Source of the DNA: Glaucostegus cemiculus | Lineage: Eukaryota | Reading direction: 5' to 3' | DNA length: 64,000 nucleotides | Assembly: GCA_976551045.1 (NCBI GenBank) | Contig: CDPCPM010000052.1 | Coordinates: 4,030,001-4,094,000, forward strand | Part shown: piece by piece, positions 25,154 through 38,500 of the stretch | Numbering within the stretch: position 1 is the stretch's first letter | Layout of the letters: each line of letters opens with the position of its first letter | The notes under the pieces: generated by a model | Seen by the model: the letters and a program-made list of their open reading frames with translations, nothing else | What the model was told of the DNA's origin: nothing | The model's database searches: none | Made by a program: the position numbers and the translations under genes

Positions 25154-26929
25154 GTAATTGTTATTACTTGGGGGGAGAAACAGCCTTTTTATGCTTGCCA
25201 AATGACTTCAAACAGCGCAAAAATTAGATTTTAAAAATAATTACCTGAAGTAAATTGCTCTTTCCTTCAAATCGCTCATTTTCAAAATAATTCTGTAATG
25301 GCTGGTAATATTGTAGGCACCAATTACATTAATTGTAATGGAACACAAAGAAACTAATTATTCAAATTGCTACAGAAAGTATTAGATGTTTCCGAGGAAA
25401 GGCTGCCATAATATTTTAACATATAACTAAACTGATGTGTTAATAGGAACTTATACGTATGGTATATTCTTTGCCCCATATAAATTGCTTTCTAGTGACC
25501 TTTCTCCAGTGAGGTCTAAAATATTTTACTAGGATAGAGTAAATACTTTTAATTCAACAAAGTTGATGTTCTGCAGTTGGAAACAAACCAGTGAAAGACC
25601 TTTGAACAGGATTAGAGTTAACATTCAATTTGTCGATTAACAATAAACCCCATAAGGGCTAATTGAATTTAAATGAATATAAACACAAATAAGCACCTTT
25701 ACTTTAATAGCCACCTGAAGCTCTCTTATGCAGGGTTAAGTTGCCACAATGTTCTAATCAAGACATTTTGCTTTTAATCTGAGCAAGTAGAATGCCTTAA
25801 TTCTTTTGATGCCTCAGAAATTTCTGATCCACCCTTGTATGTTATTTCCCACAATTTGCTCAAGTAGTAATCTCTGTGGTCGGTTATTATTGTATTGCAA
25901 ATTAGAAATCAATATCCTTGAAGGCAATATTGCTACATCTTATTAATAAAGAACTTTGTACATCTCATAATCTTAACTCAGTTCCTTCAAATTTAACATA
26001 AGAGAAAACACTTAAAGCTTATCTCTTCAGTTCTTAATCGATATAATTCTAAAATACCCAACTTGCAGTTACATTTGGCAGCCTAAATGATCAATCAACA
26101 AATTGTTGATTATTTTGTATAAATTTGATTTTTTTATTCAGTGTCCTGGATGTCATACCTAGTAACATTGGAATATGAAATGCATTACCATAAGTGCTTG
26201 TTAAATCAAAACAATTTGCCATATTAACCACATATAAGAAGAAATTTGAAAATAATTAAAGGGATAAAAGGAAATGTTAAGGTGCCTTTGGTGTAATTAC
26301 AGTAGGTCTAAAAGATGAAATTTCTAAATATTCTTGTTCTCTCAGTGCTATTGACAATTTTTATTTACTTGATATCCTGCTTGAATTTTTAGCTTCTGTA
26401 AAATGTTTTGTTTCTGTATATTGATGAGAATCTTGCGCAGTATCGTTCGAACGTACAATCCTTCTGCAAAGCCCACCTTTTTTTGCTAGTTGCTGTTAGT
26501 TTGCTTCTTGGAGAATTTTTTGGCCCCTCTGCATCTGGAAGCTGTCAGAACAGAGCACTTGAAAAGGTCATTCCTTATCACTAAAGATAAATGATAGGAG
26601 GGGAGTGGAGCTGTTAGGTGAAACGAATGGTTCAACTTGTTCAGTACTGATGGGACTGACCTGTGAGTACAGCTTTCAGGGGTTAATGCACCTTTCAGTG
26701 TGCTTATAAATGTGAGGTTTCAGTCATATTTTAATTCTGTGCTTTATGGATGGTACAGTCTGCCTATGGTGATGTGGAAACGTTTGAGGACTCCTGTTGA
26801 AAGGTGTTGATGTGCACAATGAAATTAATGTAAAGGAAAATCACTGGACTATTTTTAGGGTAATTTTCAGTTTACTTCAAATAAATAAATGTTTCTGCAG
26901 CAAAATAACATCTCAGTTAAAAAATAAAA

Positions 26930-27545
26930 CATGGGTTGGATCTTGGTTCACCTGCACAGGGTAGTTTCAGACCCATACTTGGGTCCCCTACAGCCAAGCC
27001 AATCCAGATGTCCCAGAGGATCACAGCAACATCTGGACACCAGCAGTGCCTCTTGTGATAGGGCCTTAACTGTCCTGAAAGCTTTGCCAGCCAGCAAAGA
27101 TGCTGTAGTTGGCTGTAAAAATCTGTGTGATCTTAAATGTTTCCTGACATTCAGAAAGACGTATCTACTTTTAAAGATTGAAGTAGAGAATATAAACATT
27201 TTAACTTTAAATATAGTTAACTAAAAGCAAAATTTTGATTAAAGTTAAACTAAAACAAAACACAGCCTTACAATCACCATTGAAATTGGCAGGATCTTTG
27301 GCACAGGATCTCAAAGGTGATTTTCCCCCAGCATGATGCTCAGAATCTCAGCAAGGCTGGTCTCCATGGGGAACCCAGTGGTGGAGCAAACTGACAGCAT
27401 CTCGAATCTGTCAGTAAGTCTGGGACTTCAGCAAGTGACAGTGCATGTGCATGATTTCTGCACTGCCTGCTGTTTAAATTGCATTAGCATGGGAGATCTC
27501 ACCCCTCTCTCCCATCAGTACATTGGCAAACCTATATCCCACTTG
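26930..27545. mobile_element. Possible decayed non-autonomous DNA transposon (MITE-like)
   Basis: GC-richer block with an AT-rich core, starting gggttggatctt and ending tatatcccac; resembles recalled shark MITEs. Terminal repeats are poorly preserved. Confidence 0.3.
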
Positions 27546-27859
27546 TAAGTTTGGAATTTCTATCTATTGCCAATAACCATTGAAGTTACAATGTCAGAAC
27601 AATGATACTTGCAGATTAATATGGTTGAAATGTTTAGTGCTGTTTTTCTTCCAAAGCAAGATGATAACATTTATCATTGGTTAAAGAGTGTAGCTCTAAA
27701 ATGGAAGGTGCATTTACGATATCCCTCAGGAGCCAGAGAATTTACAGACTGACTCCAGATAATTGGTAATTGCAGATATTCTTGGGTAAATTTAGTCACT
27801 TAGTTACAAGGGGCAGTTACAACTGCAAATCCTATCTACAGTTTTGCAAAGCAGAAGAT

Positions 27860-28200
27860 CATGGCTTAATGCCCCACATCAGGATTTGAGTGCGCAATCT
27901 CAGACGAATTTCAGTATGGTGCAAAGATGGGTTTGCATTATCTGGGCTGCAGTTTTAGTCAGATAAAATACTCAGCCTGGCCCATCTGCCCTCTTAGTAG
28001 CAAAGGGTCATGTGCAGTTTCGAAGAATGAGGATTCTCCTGGTGTATGGGTTGTGTTTATTCCTCCATGAAGACATCATTGTTCTTTGTGCTGTCTGGTT
28101 CTGTGCAAATTAGCTGCCATGTTTCCCATATATTAACTTCATTTATGCACTTTGTGTGCCTCAACTTTGCAGGTGGTTCTTGCATAGAATGCAAAGTCCC
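27860..28200 (+). mobile_element. Decayed Deu-domain SINE (SacSINE1-like)
   Basis: ttgagtgcgcaatct...ggcccatctgccctctta...gaagaatgaggattctcctggtgt...ctgtgcaaattagctgccatgtttcc...aatgcaaagtc. Confidence 0.7.
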
Positions 28201-31200
28201 ACGGTGCTGTTAATTGTGTGCGGTGATAAATCATGTACAGTTCAGATTTGATATACAAAATGGTCCTGTGTATAGGCAGCCCATAAACACCATGTCAAAC
28301 CAGGCTTCTGATGGTGTTGAGTTAACTTTGTGCATTAAAGAAGCAAAATCTTACCTTGGCTGCTGCCAGGTGGTCTGTAGCATTAGTTGTTAACAGGAAG
28401 ATCTTTAAGTGGTTTCCTTGTGTTTGCTGCATTCTTCAACCCTCCCCCTGCCAGTCCCCCTATGATTTACCAACACTGGCCCAATCCTCTCCTCAACCAT
28501 CCCCAACTCAACCACTTTCCTGTTCCTTTCTACATCCAGTCCAACCTTGGTTCCCACCGTTACCTGATCCTCTCCCTAAAACCCCCATTCATCCCTCTGA
28601 AATCCACAATCCAGCTGTCTTTCTCTGCTGTCTTTGCAAAAGCAGGAAACTATGGCCATAAAGCCTTGGCGTTCACAAACTGTGAGAGTCCTGTTGTAGT
28701 CTGCACATGTCCTATTCCTCCACCACGATAGAATTTTGCCTCTCTCTAAAGTGACAAGAGCCCACTGCACAGCATTGCCTTAAATAGACTTTTCCCAGGA
28801 GCAGTTTTTCTGATTCACTAAATTTCTTTATTTTCAAAATAATCTTCTGCTAAGTTTCCTCACTGTGACCAAAAATACACCACCACAGTGGTAAAATATT
28901 GATGATATTGCAGGTCAGAACAGTTTTTTCTTAAATTGGACTTTAGCTGCTCCTAAATATTTCCTATTAGATCCTTCTGTTTAAAAAAAATTACACTTCT
29001 GTATGACAAAGAAGAAAATCTTAGATTTAACTGTGGGAAGTGGAGAATCGATCACTTGTCGGATAATGCTTTGTATTCCTGTGGCCATGTCTGTTGCTCG
29101 AAGTTCTGAAGTACCTTGGATGACATCTCACCTCTATGGGCAGGAAAATAAACTTGGAAACTGCTATTCATGCTTTGCTGAGGACAAAGTAATTTTGCAA
29201 ACTTCCAGTAGACCAGTTAAATTTAATTAGTGCAAGGCAAGGTATTTTTATCCCCCATAAAAATGGGTGTTAATTGTGATTAACAAAAATTGAGAATATC
29301 TAAATAAAAAAAAATATTTTGGGGATATGCCATTTTGTTGCTGACTGCACAGAAATGTTAGTACAAGCTGAAATTGTGAGTTATGGCAGCAAACATCTCA
29401 CTGATATCTGCTTTAAGATGCAGAATGATTTAGATCCATTATTGCTTAGTTTTTCACTATTTTATATCTTCAGTTGCACACTACATTTTATAAGGTGAAG
29501 AGGAGGTAGCTATTCATGTACACTTATTTTTTACTAAAGGCTTGTGAAGGAGATCTGCTTCGAATCTGTTCACTGTGCGGTCTTTAAGATTAAAATTTAA
29601 AATGATTCAGAAAGTAATAGTAGAAATCGCTTCATTATCCTCTTTCTTCTTCCCCTCTTCTCCCCTCTACCAGCCCCCCACCCCCAAAACATTACCAAGC
29701 TCGAATGGGTAAAAACAAGCTGTGGCGGAGTAGCCTTTGCTGAAAAGATTGATGCAATGGGGAATGACCTTGGCTTGGAGCAGGAGCTAGTGATGTATGT
29801 ACGAGCATCTCGCTGCTAAATGGACCCAGATTTGTAGCACTAATATACATGGAAGCCCAGAACCAAACTCAGGATGGCAATAAATCAACAGCCACTTTAG
29901 GTGTCATTTCTGGTTTATATTCTGGTATTGTTCTATCAGTTTAATTCATGTCACTATCATCTGTTCATCTGGAACAGTTTTATATAATTTTCCAGTGGAG
30001 TTACCTGACAAATCCCATCAAATTAACAAGGTACATTAACAATATTGACTGCTTCTGTGGTTTCTGGAGCTTTTGGACCATAGAATAAATTTTAGATGTA
30101 TTCCCTTTTTAGATAGTAATGTTCAGGGGCTTTGTCAAGTAGAAACAATTGTTTATATTTTTTCTTTGACAGATTGCAGTAAGTTTAAAATGTAATTTTC
30201 TGGAGAGAATTTTTTTTTCAAAATATCCGATTTATAACTGCTTGTAGAAAGTATTCACCATCTTCAGTTTATTAATATGTACACATTCTGTTGACTTTAA
30301 TTAGTGTTTTTATTGAGACTAGCTTATTTTTAATCTTTTGGTGATCAGATACTCCTCTGGGCTTGCACATCCTGTTCATTAATGCTGTCTTTCATGTTTA
30401 ATGAAAATTACAATCATAAAAATATTGATGTCTTTCCTGTAGTTGTTTAATGGCAAATTTTTAATGTTGGGTGTTGTCATGTTAATGTTCTTTATTTACA
30501 TTTACTTTATTAAAGGGGTTTTTGAAGAGTTGGGAAGCTATTTATTAATTTAGTGCTTCATGCCTACAAGATATTAATTTCTGTAAAGTGGGAGTGGAAA
30601 TTGCTTAAACAATACAAAACCGAATTATGTCTCTACTTGAGCTTGTAGAACTAATCACCAGGTATTCTGCGCCACGAGTTATTATAGAAGTATCATAACA
30701 TGTTGGGTACATTTATTAAAACAAAGAGCTAACCAACAATGATCGAGCAAATGGCTAAATCTGTGCAGAAGTGAACATGTCTATTTTCCAGGTGTCTGCA
30801 CCACATTACAAGTTTATCTGTACTCTGAGAGGAGGTGAACCACCTCCAGCAGTTGTAGAATAAGACTTCCTTCCACAATTTACATTAGTGGCATAGATTT
30901 CTTAATGAACTGGATTTTCGATTATTCAAGTAGATTATTACAGTACTCAAACTATAGTTCATTATTTTTGACTCTTTTATCTGTAATAAAATGAGCTTGA
31001 GTACACCTGTTTGGCTGTGTGAATTACCAATCTTGTTGAAACAATGGATTGATATTTATTATGGTATCAATCTCCTCAGGGAGCTGGCTTCCTGCCATAT
31101 TGAAAATTTCTCAGCAGAGATCAACTTTTATTTTTTTTATGCCATCACACAGCCTCTAATATCTCTGTTCAACAATGAATTGTGTAGTGTAAAATTTTAT

Positions 31201-31234
31201 TCCTGTGACTTGCATGAAAATATGTTCCTTAAAT

Positions 31235-31460
31235 AAAATAGAAAATGCTGCAAACACTCTGTACATTGAACAGCATCTGTAGGAAGAGAAACAGTTCATG
31301 TTTCACATCGAAGTCCCTTTTTCAAAACTGGGCAGGAGATGGGTCATCAGTATTGTTTTAATTGTTTCTCTTTCCTCAGATGCTGCATGACCTGCTGAGT
31401 GTTTACAGCATTTTCTGCTTTATTTCAGATTTTTGGCATCTGCAGAGTTTTTTTAAATTT
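31235..31460. mobile_element. Fold-back Penelope-derived element, decayed
   Basis: gaaaatgctgcaaacactc...cagcatctgtaggaagagaaaca pairs with tgtttctctttcctcagatgctg...gagtgtttacagcattttc. Confidence 0.8.
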
Positions 31461-31519
31461 TCTGTTTAAGTGTAAGTTTAGTTCATTTTATAGCAAGATC
31501 TCAATTTTTTTTATGTTGG

Positions 31520-31860
31520 AAAGTTGTGAGTTTTATTTCCACTATATGTTTGGGCTCTTAATCTGAGTTAATACCTGAATAACTACCAGAAGAGGGCTGA
31601 TTGGTAGCAGGGCCATTTTCAAATGATAAGTTAAACTGCTTTATAGAATTCAAGTTAAACATCCAAGGAACTGTTCAGACAGATGTATAGATTTCTCTTG
31701 CTGTTCTGGCCAGTTTCCATCCTTTATCCAAAACAAATGAATAAATGGATTACTTCATTAATTCATTGTTGTAACAACCAACTGTGCACTCAGAAATGGC
31801 AACATTTGAAGGTCTGAAATTAAGGAAGCCAATCACATGTTCAAATTCATTGAAGGGCTG
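31520..31860 (+). mobile_element. Highly decayed Deu-domain SINE
   Basis: Same motif order as 27860-28200 (ttgggctcttaatctgag...gttaaact...ttctcttgctgttctggccagttt...tgtgcac). Confidence 0.45.
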
Positions 31861-33746
31861 TTGAACATTTTATTTTATTGCCTCTCTTGCAAATTATGTA
31901 ATGGGTGTCTTTGTGGACATACTTTCTCCATCAAACTTTCCTAAATAGCAATCTGATGCTCTATAATTGAATGTTGGTGTTTGATGCAAAATATTTCCCA
32001 AATATCCAAATCAGCACTAATTTCACAATGGTAATGATGCTAACACTGATGTTCACTGATGACCTGGACTTTACCCTGAAGCTGATAGCAACTTAGATTA
32101 ACATTGGAGTCCTAGGGTTCCTTTCAGTAATCCATTTTACCTGTATTTCACTGTAAGCAGCTGCAATCACGTGAATAGATCTGAATTTTAGGTGTTTATA
32201 AAATATTCTTGTTGCAAAATTGAAAATCTTGTACTAGGTTACGTGTTCAAAGTGAGTTTTTAATAGTGTTACCAAGTAATATTAACTGCTTAGCAAGTTA
32301 ACTAGCCCTTAAAAGAACTAAGTTTATATCTGTAGTAATTTTATTTAATGCTTTTAAATACAGGAGAATTAACATTTCAAATAAATTGTGGTATTCCTAC
32401 CTTTAAATCACAGGTTCCCATTTTTATACAGTACCCTACAAAAGAACTTGAGTACTTCCTGGTTTGCTATTTCTGCGATAAAGGTGGGAGATCTTTGGCT
32501 GCTCAACCAGGTCGATGACATCACAGCTGCTTAATGGCAGGGATCCCATTGAATTGATGCCTGACAGTTCAACAGAAAACTCTGTAGAAATAGTTAGATA
32601 TTTGAGTTTCTTGACATCGGTTTGAAGATGCGTTGCTATGCTACTGCCCGGACCATTTATCATTCTGGGTCATTTACCTGGTAGAAAATTCAGGAAAATG
32701 CATTCAACTTATCATAAAGACAAGGGATGATTACTGGGACATTTCCTCAATGTTTTTCATTCCCTAGTAATTAGATTTGTAGGTTTAACAATATTGTTAG
32801 ACTTAACACAGCATTTTGTAAGGTTTATTTTATTTTTTAAAGATAGCCACTTAACAAGAGCTTACTAATTATAATGTTGTGAAATGTTCTCAACCGCTTA
32901 ATCTTTTGAAGTTTGATTTGTATGGTACTTGATACTATTACCCAGAACTGCTGTACCGAGTTTATAATGCTCAGTTACACATTTAAAAACATTCAATATC
33001 ATCCTGAGTTATGCACTGTTATTTCATGTAGAATATCGCCATATTATGACAGTAAATCTTCTTCCACACCATAAAACTTTGCTGGCAATTTCACCCCCAT
33101 CCTAATAACATTCCGTACCCTATCAAGACCATTAGTTTTGTACCCATAAAGTTTTATTTAATTTGTCAAAGATAAAAGCAAATAAGCATTTCAAGTTGGA
33201 TCTCAGTAAGCCTTGTATCTATCAAGTTATGTATTTCAGCACCATCCATCAAAGTTGGCCTTGTTACCTATTAACTGCTTCTGCCTCTGTACACAGTGTG
33301 CTTTGAGCAATTGGTATCACCACAGTTATAAAACTAATATCAGAACATGATTGGCTACATTTCACAAACAATCTGATCTAGAAGTCATGTAGTTCTGTGT
33401 TCTAAATAACTAGAATGCTGTAACTGTTCTGCAACTTTCTGGTACTATTTGGTGACCTTATTAGATAAAAGAGCTTTTTAAGTGTAACCAAATTCAACAC
33501 CACCACTGTTTTTAAGAATACAATGTTCATATCAGATGCATTTTATCATTATTTTGTTCAGCTGGTGGTCCAGAAATCTGTGCTGTATTCAATTTTCTCT
33601 TAGAATGCTGCAGAAAAGCTCAGAGTTTCAGAGGGCTTAAGAGAGTATTTTATGTGTTCATTCCATTAAGATTTATAAAGTGTGTCAAATGGTTGATATA
33701 AAATCACTTACACAGCCCACTGGTTTATATCCCAACTGATTCACAG

Positions 33747-33884
33747 GTATCTCGGGAGAAAAGGTGGAGATAGACCCTGTTACTAATCAGAAGGCGAGCA
33801 CCAAGTTCTGGATTAAACAGAAACCCATTTCAATTGATTCTGATCTACTCTGCGCTTGTGACCTTGTGGAAGAGAAGAGTCCAA
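33747..33884 (+). CDS. MAPKAP1: MAPKAP1/SIN1 internal coding exon (138 nt, phase 1-1), PH domain
   Basis: Acceptor ttcacag|GT, donor CCAA|gtatgt. Translates (G)[45 protein letters not shown](S), nearly identical to human SIN1. Confidence 0.98.
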
Positions 33885-35451
33885 GTATGTGGTACTATAT
33901 TTTTGTGCTGTATCTTTGTGCTGTTCTGTGAATAAGTGCACACACTGAAATAGAAAAATTAGAGCTCCATATTGTCCACGGGTTTAATATTAGATAAGAC
34001 AGTGGTGCTATGATACATTATTTTATCTTTTGGATTGCTAGCTGTAAAACTGCTATGCTTCTGAAATCAGTTCCTAAATTTTCAGCTGCCTAAAGGTTGA
34101 ACAACATTTTGTCACACTCTGCAGTGGTGCCCTGTTAATCTATCAGAGTTGGCTGGTGATAAACCCAGTCAAATTTAAGTTGAGAATTTAATAAGGTCTG
34201 TGGCTAACAATCAGTTACTGGTGTTCTCACGTCAGTTAGATATTTTCTTTTTATCGCACCCCTATTTTTAAACAAGCATGCAGTAGAGTTGAACATAAAG
34301 TTGTGGTTGGAAGAAGTTAATGATATTAGTATTTTTATCAGAGTCCATTGTAGTCTGTATGCAGATAAATAAGTTAACTTGACAAATGTTTTTGGTGATT
34401 AGTTAAAGCGGTGAGAAGGAAAATAAGATGTAAGCTTTCAGTCTTGTGCTTTATACAGTTGTTTTAACAATGTTCTTACAAATATATATTAAACAGTGCT
34501 CGTCGAGTTTAAACTGTATCGTATCAGGATCATGGTTTTTAGCCTATTTTAGAGCAGTTTTACACAAAGCTCACAAAAGGGAAACACAAGATTACTGGCT
34601 TCGGAGGTGGGGGGGGGAACTGATTTTAAAATGAAGCAGGATTGTTTTACCCATGGATTTGTGTCCTTCTCAGCATCCACAAGAAATCCAGCTTCTGCCT
34701 GCAAAGTTATGCTAGCACTGTATCTCACATGGTTTATAGAGAGGTGCATTTGTGCCTCTGTCATAAGTTAATTTGTCGTCATCTGTCTTAAAATGATCAA
34801 AATTTAAAATGGTTATTTTCAAATTGAAAAATGTGATGTGGCAGTTGTAACTCATTTTATTATCAGTTTATTAACAAAAGTCTCAAAGCAAAAATTTTCA
34901 AATATTTGAAGTGTTCTGTGTGCAATGAGTTATTTTAAAATTTAGTCATTGAAATGCATATAAGTTTAGCAGGATCTCATAATTCAGTAATTTGCTTGGT
35001 CAAATCGTCAATTTTTGGCAGATGGTATGTTCATTTTCACTGCCACAGAGTAGTCAGTTAGAGTATTTTGGGTAATAAATTCCAGAACATTTAGAACTTG
35101 CCTCTTATCAGTTTTACATAAATATCTTAAAAATACTTTGGGACCTCCATATAATATATGTTGATGTTTAATCGAGCCAAACACCACTAAATTGATGCCT
35201 ATTTAGTATATTGTCTCTTTTTACAGAATAAGATTGACATTTCCAAACATGGTGAACTGATTTTTGTTTTAAAAGAACATTGCAGCTTCTAGCCCATCTG
35301 GTTCCTTTTCTGCTTGAAGGACAATGGCCTTAATCAGAGGTTATTTGGTGCACCTCACAGTACAGAGTCAACATCACCCTAAACTCACCTCTCAAAATGT
35401 CTTGCAATTCAGCCAGTAATTAAATAGCTCCATTTATGCAGTTCGTTTATG

Positions 35452-35522
35452 CACGTGTGTGTATACACACACATAAATACACACACGTACATAGACACAC
35501 ATATGCATACACACACGCACAG
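35452..35522. repeat. Imperfect (CA)n/(TG)n microsatellite
   Basis: gtgtgtgtatacacacacataaatacacacacgtacatagacacacatatgcatacacacacgcac. Confidence 0.8.
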
Positions 35523-38500
35523 CAATGCAACATTTAAAAATGTTAGAAAATGCTATTATGCTGATATACTTGTCAAGCCTTGATACTGCATGAAAGATTG
35601 CTTTGTTTCAGACTGTTAAATGCAACAAAGACATTTCAGTTTTTTTTTCTTTTGTGAGCACTACATTATTTGGTTAAATCCTGCTTATCATTAATTGGAT
35701 GCTCTACATCATGTGACCCTGATCTCTTCAATTGTTATCATTCCATTGCTGCAGAGGGGCTTAACAGAATGTTAACCTGATAATGGGGACTGGGCCTTCT
35801 AGTTGTGCCCCATCATATAGTTTTCTATTGAGCAGTTCTGCTTGACTAGCTAAAGAAGGTGGCAAGAAGATTAATGATGGTAGGCTAATACAGGAGGGTG
35901 TACCTTTCCAAGACTTCTACCACAGAGATATTAGAGCTCAACCAGAGCTTGGCTTTTTCCTTAACCTGTGACCTTTAACCCTCCCTCACCGTTGAGATCT
36001 GTCACTGCAGCCGACGTTTTGATTGATGTTCTTACAAGAGTCGGTCTTTTTCATTGAATTTCACATCTGCACGAAAATAGCTTCCCTTGCAGAATTCGTG
36101 CTGGCTGTTAGTGATAGCAAAATTGATGGCAGAAATGTTTTTATGTAGTTTTCATTTAAAACCAAAGAAACTTGACACATGCTAATGTAGCGCTGTGCCC
36201 TGCAATGCCCTGTTCTTGAGTTTATTCAGTTCAGTGTAATTAATGCCTTGAATCTTGCTGTAATATGGATTACACCAGAAGCAAACTTTAAAAGGAGGTA
36301 ATCCTAATTCATTTAATACGCAGTTAGTACTTACTGGCTTCCCACTAATACTGACCTCCTTGTGTGACTTATTACACGTGTGTAGTAAGTTCACAAAATA
36401 CACTTTGATGCAAATTTATTGTTAAGTAGCTAGCAGTATGAGTTAACTCAGCTGCTTTGTTAAATGGACAAAAACCCTTTTTGTTTAAGAATTAACCTAA
36501 TATAAGTAACCCTAAGGTGCTGTTTGGAGAGAACCAGTGCCAGGTTGGTATGGGTCCAGGTTTTAAATCTGCATTTGGACTATTTGGGATGCTTTCACAG
36601 TTGTCAGACAAGATAATCTATACTTGAGCCCCAGTGCCAATTTGTTGTTTTTGGCAACATACAAAAGCCACGTGCAACTTTCCCTGTTAATGCATTTTCC
36701 CTACTTGGTGCTATTTAATCCATCTTGGATAGAATACCAAGAACTACTGCAACTGGTGATAGCTAAGTAAAGGTATTCCCAACCCATCCTCTCATCACCC
36801 CACCCACACCCCTTGCCACCTTCTCTGCCTGTTCAAGGGGTTGTTTTTTCACTGTGTTGGAGGCACTTTTCTTCCAGATTTGTGTTGAAGAATCTGTTTT
36901 AGCCTTCAGGTTGCAGACTACCATCCCTCCCCAAGTTATTGGCACCACCACCCACCCACCACTCCCAGTCCTCCAGCTGATTGCAGTTGGCATTTTAACA
37001 CCACCTTGCGCCTGTGCCAGTCCACATGCTGTGTGCACTGATCTGAGGTTCTCTTGTAGTCGTCGTCATAGCGATGATTCAATTTGGTTCACAGCTCTGA
37101 TTAACTGGTTGTGATTTCCATGACGACCACGGGACATTCTGTTCCGATTTGCTGTTAGCATTGTAAATCCTGGCCAATTAGCAAATATGTTAATAATATT
37201 TGGATACTGTATTAACTGCTTTCCACTGCTGTGCTGAGTTATTTATTAAAAGAGACAATGATTGGTAATTTTGTCAGTAATATAATTAGGTGGGTGGGGG
37301 GGTGGCAGGAAGGTGAGGAGCTGACCGAGATTGTTCTTGTGCACGTCCAAACGGCTGTCAGTGTGGTAGAGCTCTGCGCTCAACTTGTCAGTTGGTAAGG
37401 GGAGAAAGGGATTCTTTCATAAAGGAAACAAGCTACTCCCAGCCTGGTTACCTTCGAAACTCTTAACTTCCTCTTTACTTTTCTCCCACTCGATCCAAAA
37501 GCCATCCCATGATTATTAAAAATGTATTCCAAGTTCTGCTGGCCTTTTTTTTTTTAAGTTTAATTGCTTAACTGACCAACAAGCATTATGTGTAAAGCAA
37601 GCTGATGCTAACTTCAAGTAATTTTGCATTCTAATCAATTCCTTTTAAAATATGCCATCATTTGCAAAAAGAAAACCATTTAAAACCTAAGTGAGTCCAG
37701 CAAGTGCTGGTACTGGGAATAGAATTAAAATAATTTTCCTGTGCATTTGCATCATCCTTGTAACAAATACTATATCAGCCTTATTAAAAGAGGTTTTGAC
37801 TATCCTGTCAGAACTGGCCTACCAGGGTATTTTAGTTTAATTACACTATCCAATTAAAACTCATAGCAGTATTCTGATTTTCTTCTACTTGGACTTGAGT
37901 GGAGATGACATTTACAAGCCTTGGCTTTCAAGTAGACAATAGTTTGATTGATGAGCTGCAGAAGGAATGAGGGAGGCAATTGCCATGTGGAAGAACTGCT
38001 TAGTACACTTTGATTTATTTATCATCTGTTCCTAAAACAAGACTGGTGAGGTGATAGTGGTGGGCAGTGGGGTGTGCTGTGATTTACAAGGTACACTGCA
38101 ACATTCCAAGAGGAGTCAGTTGGCAGAGGGGGGAAAGCTGTAATATAAGGACAAGGATGCAAGAGTCTGCCGCAAAGAGTTTAGCCCTTGCACAGCGAGT
38201 AACTGCAGTCTGTGCCATTTCGCCATAGTATTAATGAGGAGGTTTCTGTCAGTTTGCCACAGACTAAAGCAATCTGATCTGTTCCTGATGTGTATCCTAT
38301 AATGTCAGTGTTAAATGAAACTGTTCCAATTAAATTGCACATAAACCTTTGTCATGCTACTAGCTTTGACATCTCGCAGGAATAGCAGTATTTTATGATA
38401 AAAACTATTTTCAATTATAAGCTTCAACTCTGTATTTTATCAAATTAACTAACTTTTTAAGAACAGAAGTACAGTGTGTATCTTGTCTCACCTTGGGCCT

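Noticed and set aside
32410-32680. Alternative coding exon before the 138-nt exon
   Set aside because: Both candidate acceptors hit TGA within a few codons and no good donor is evident; it may still be a non-coding conserved element.
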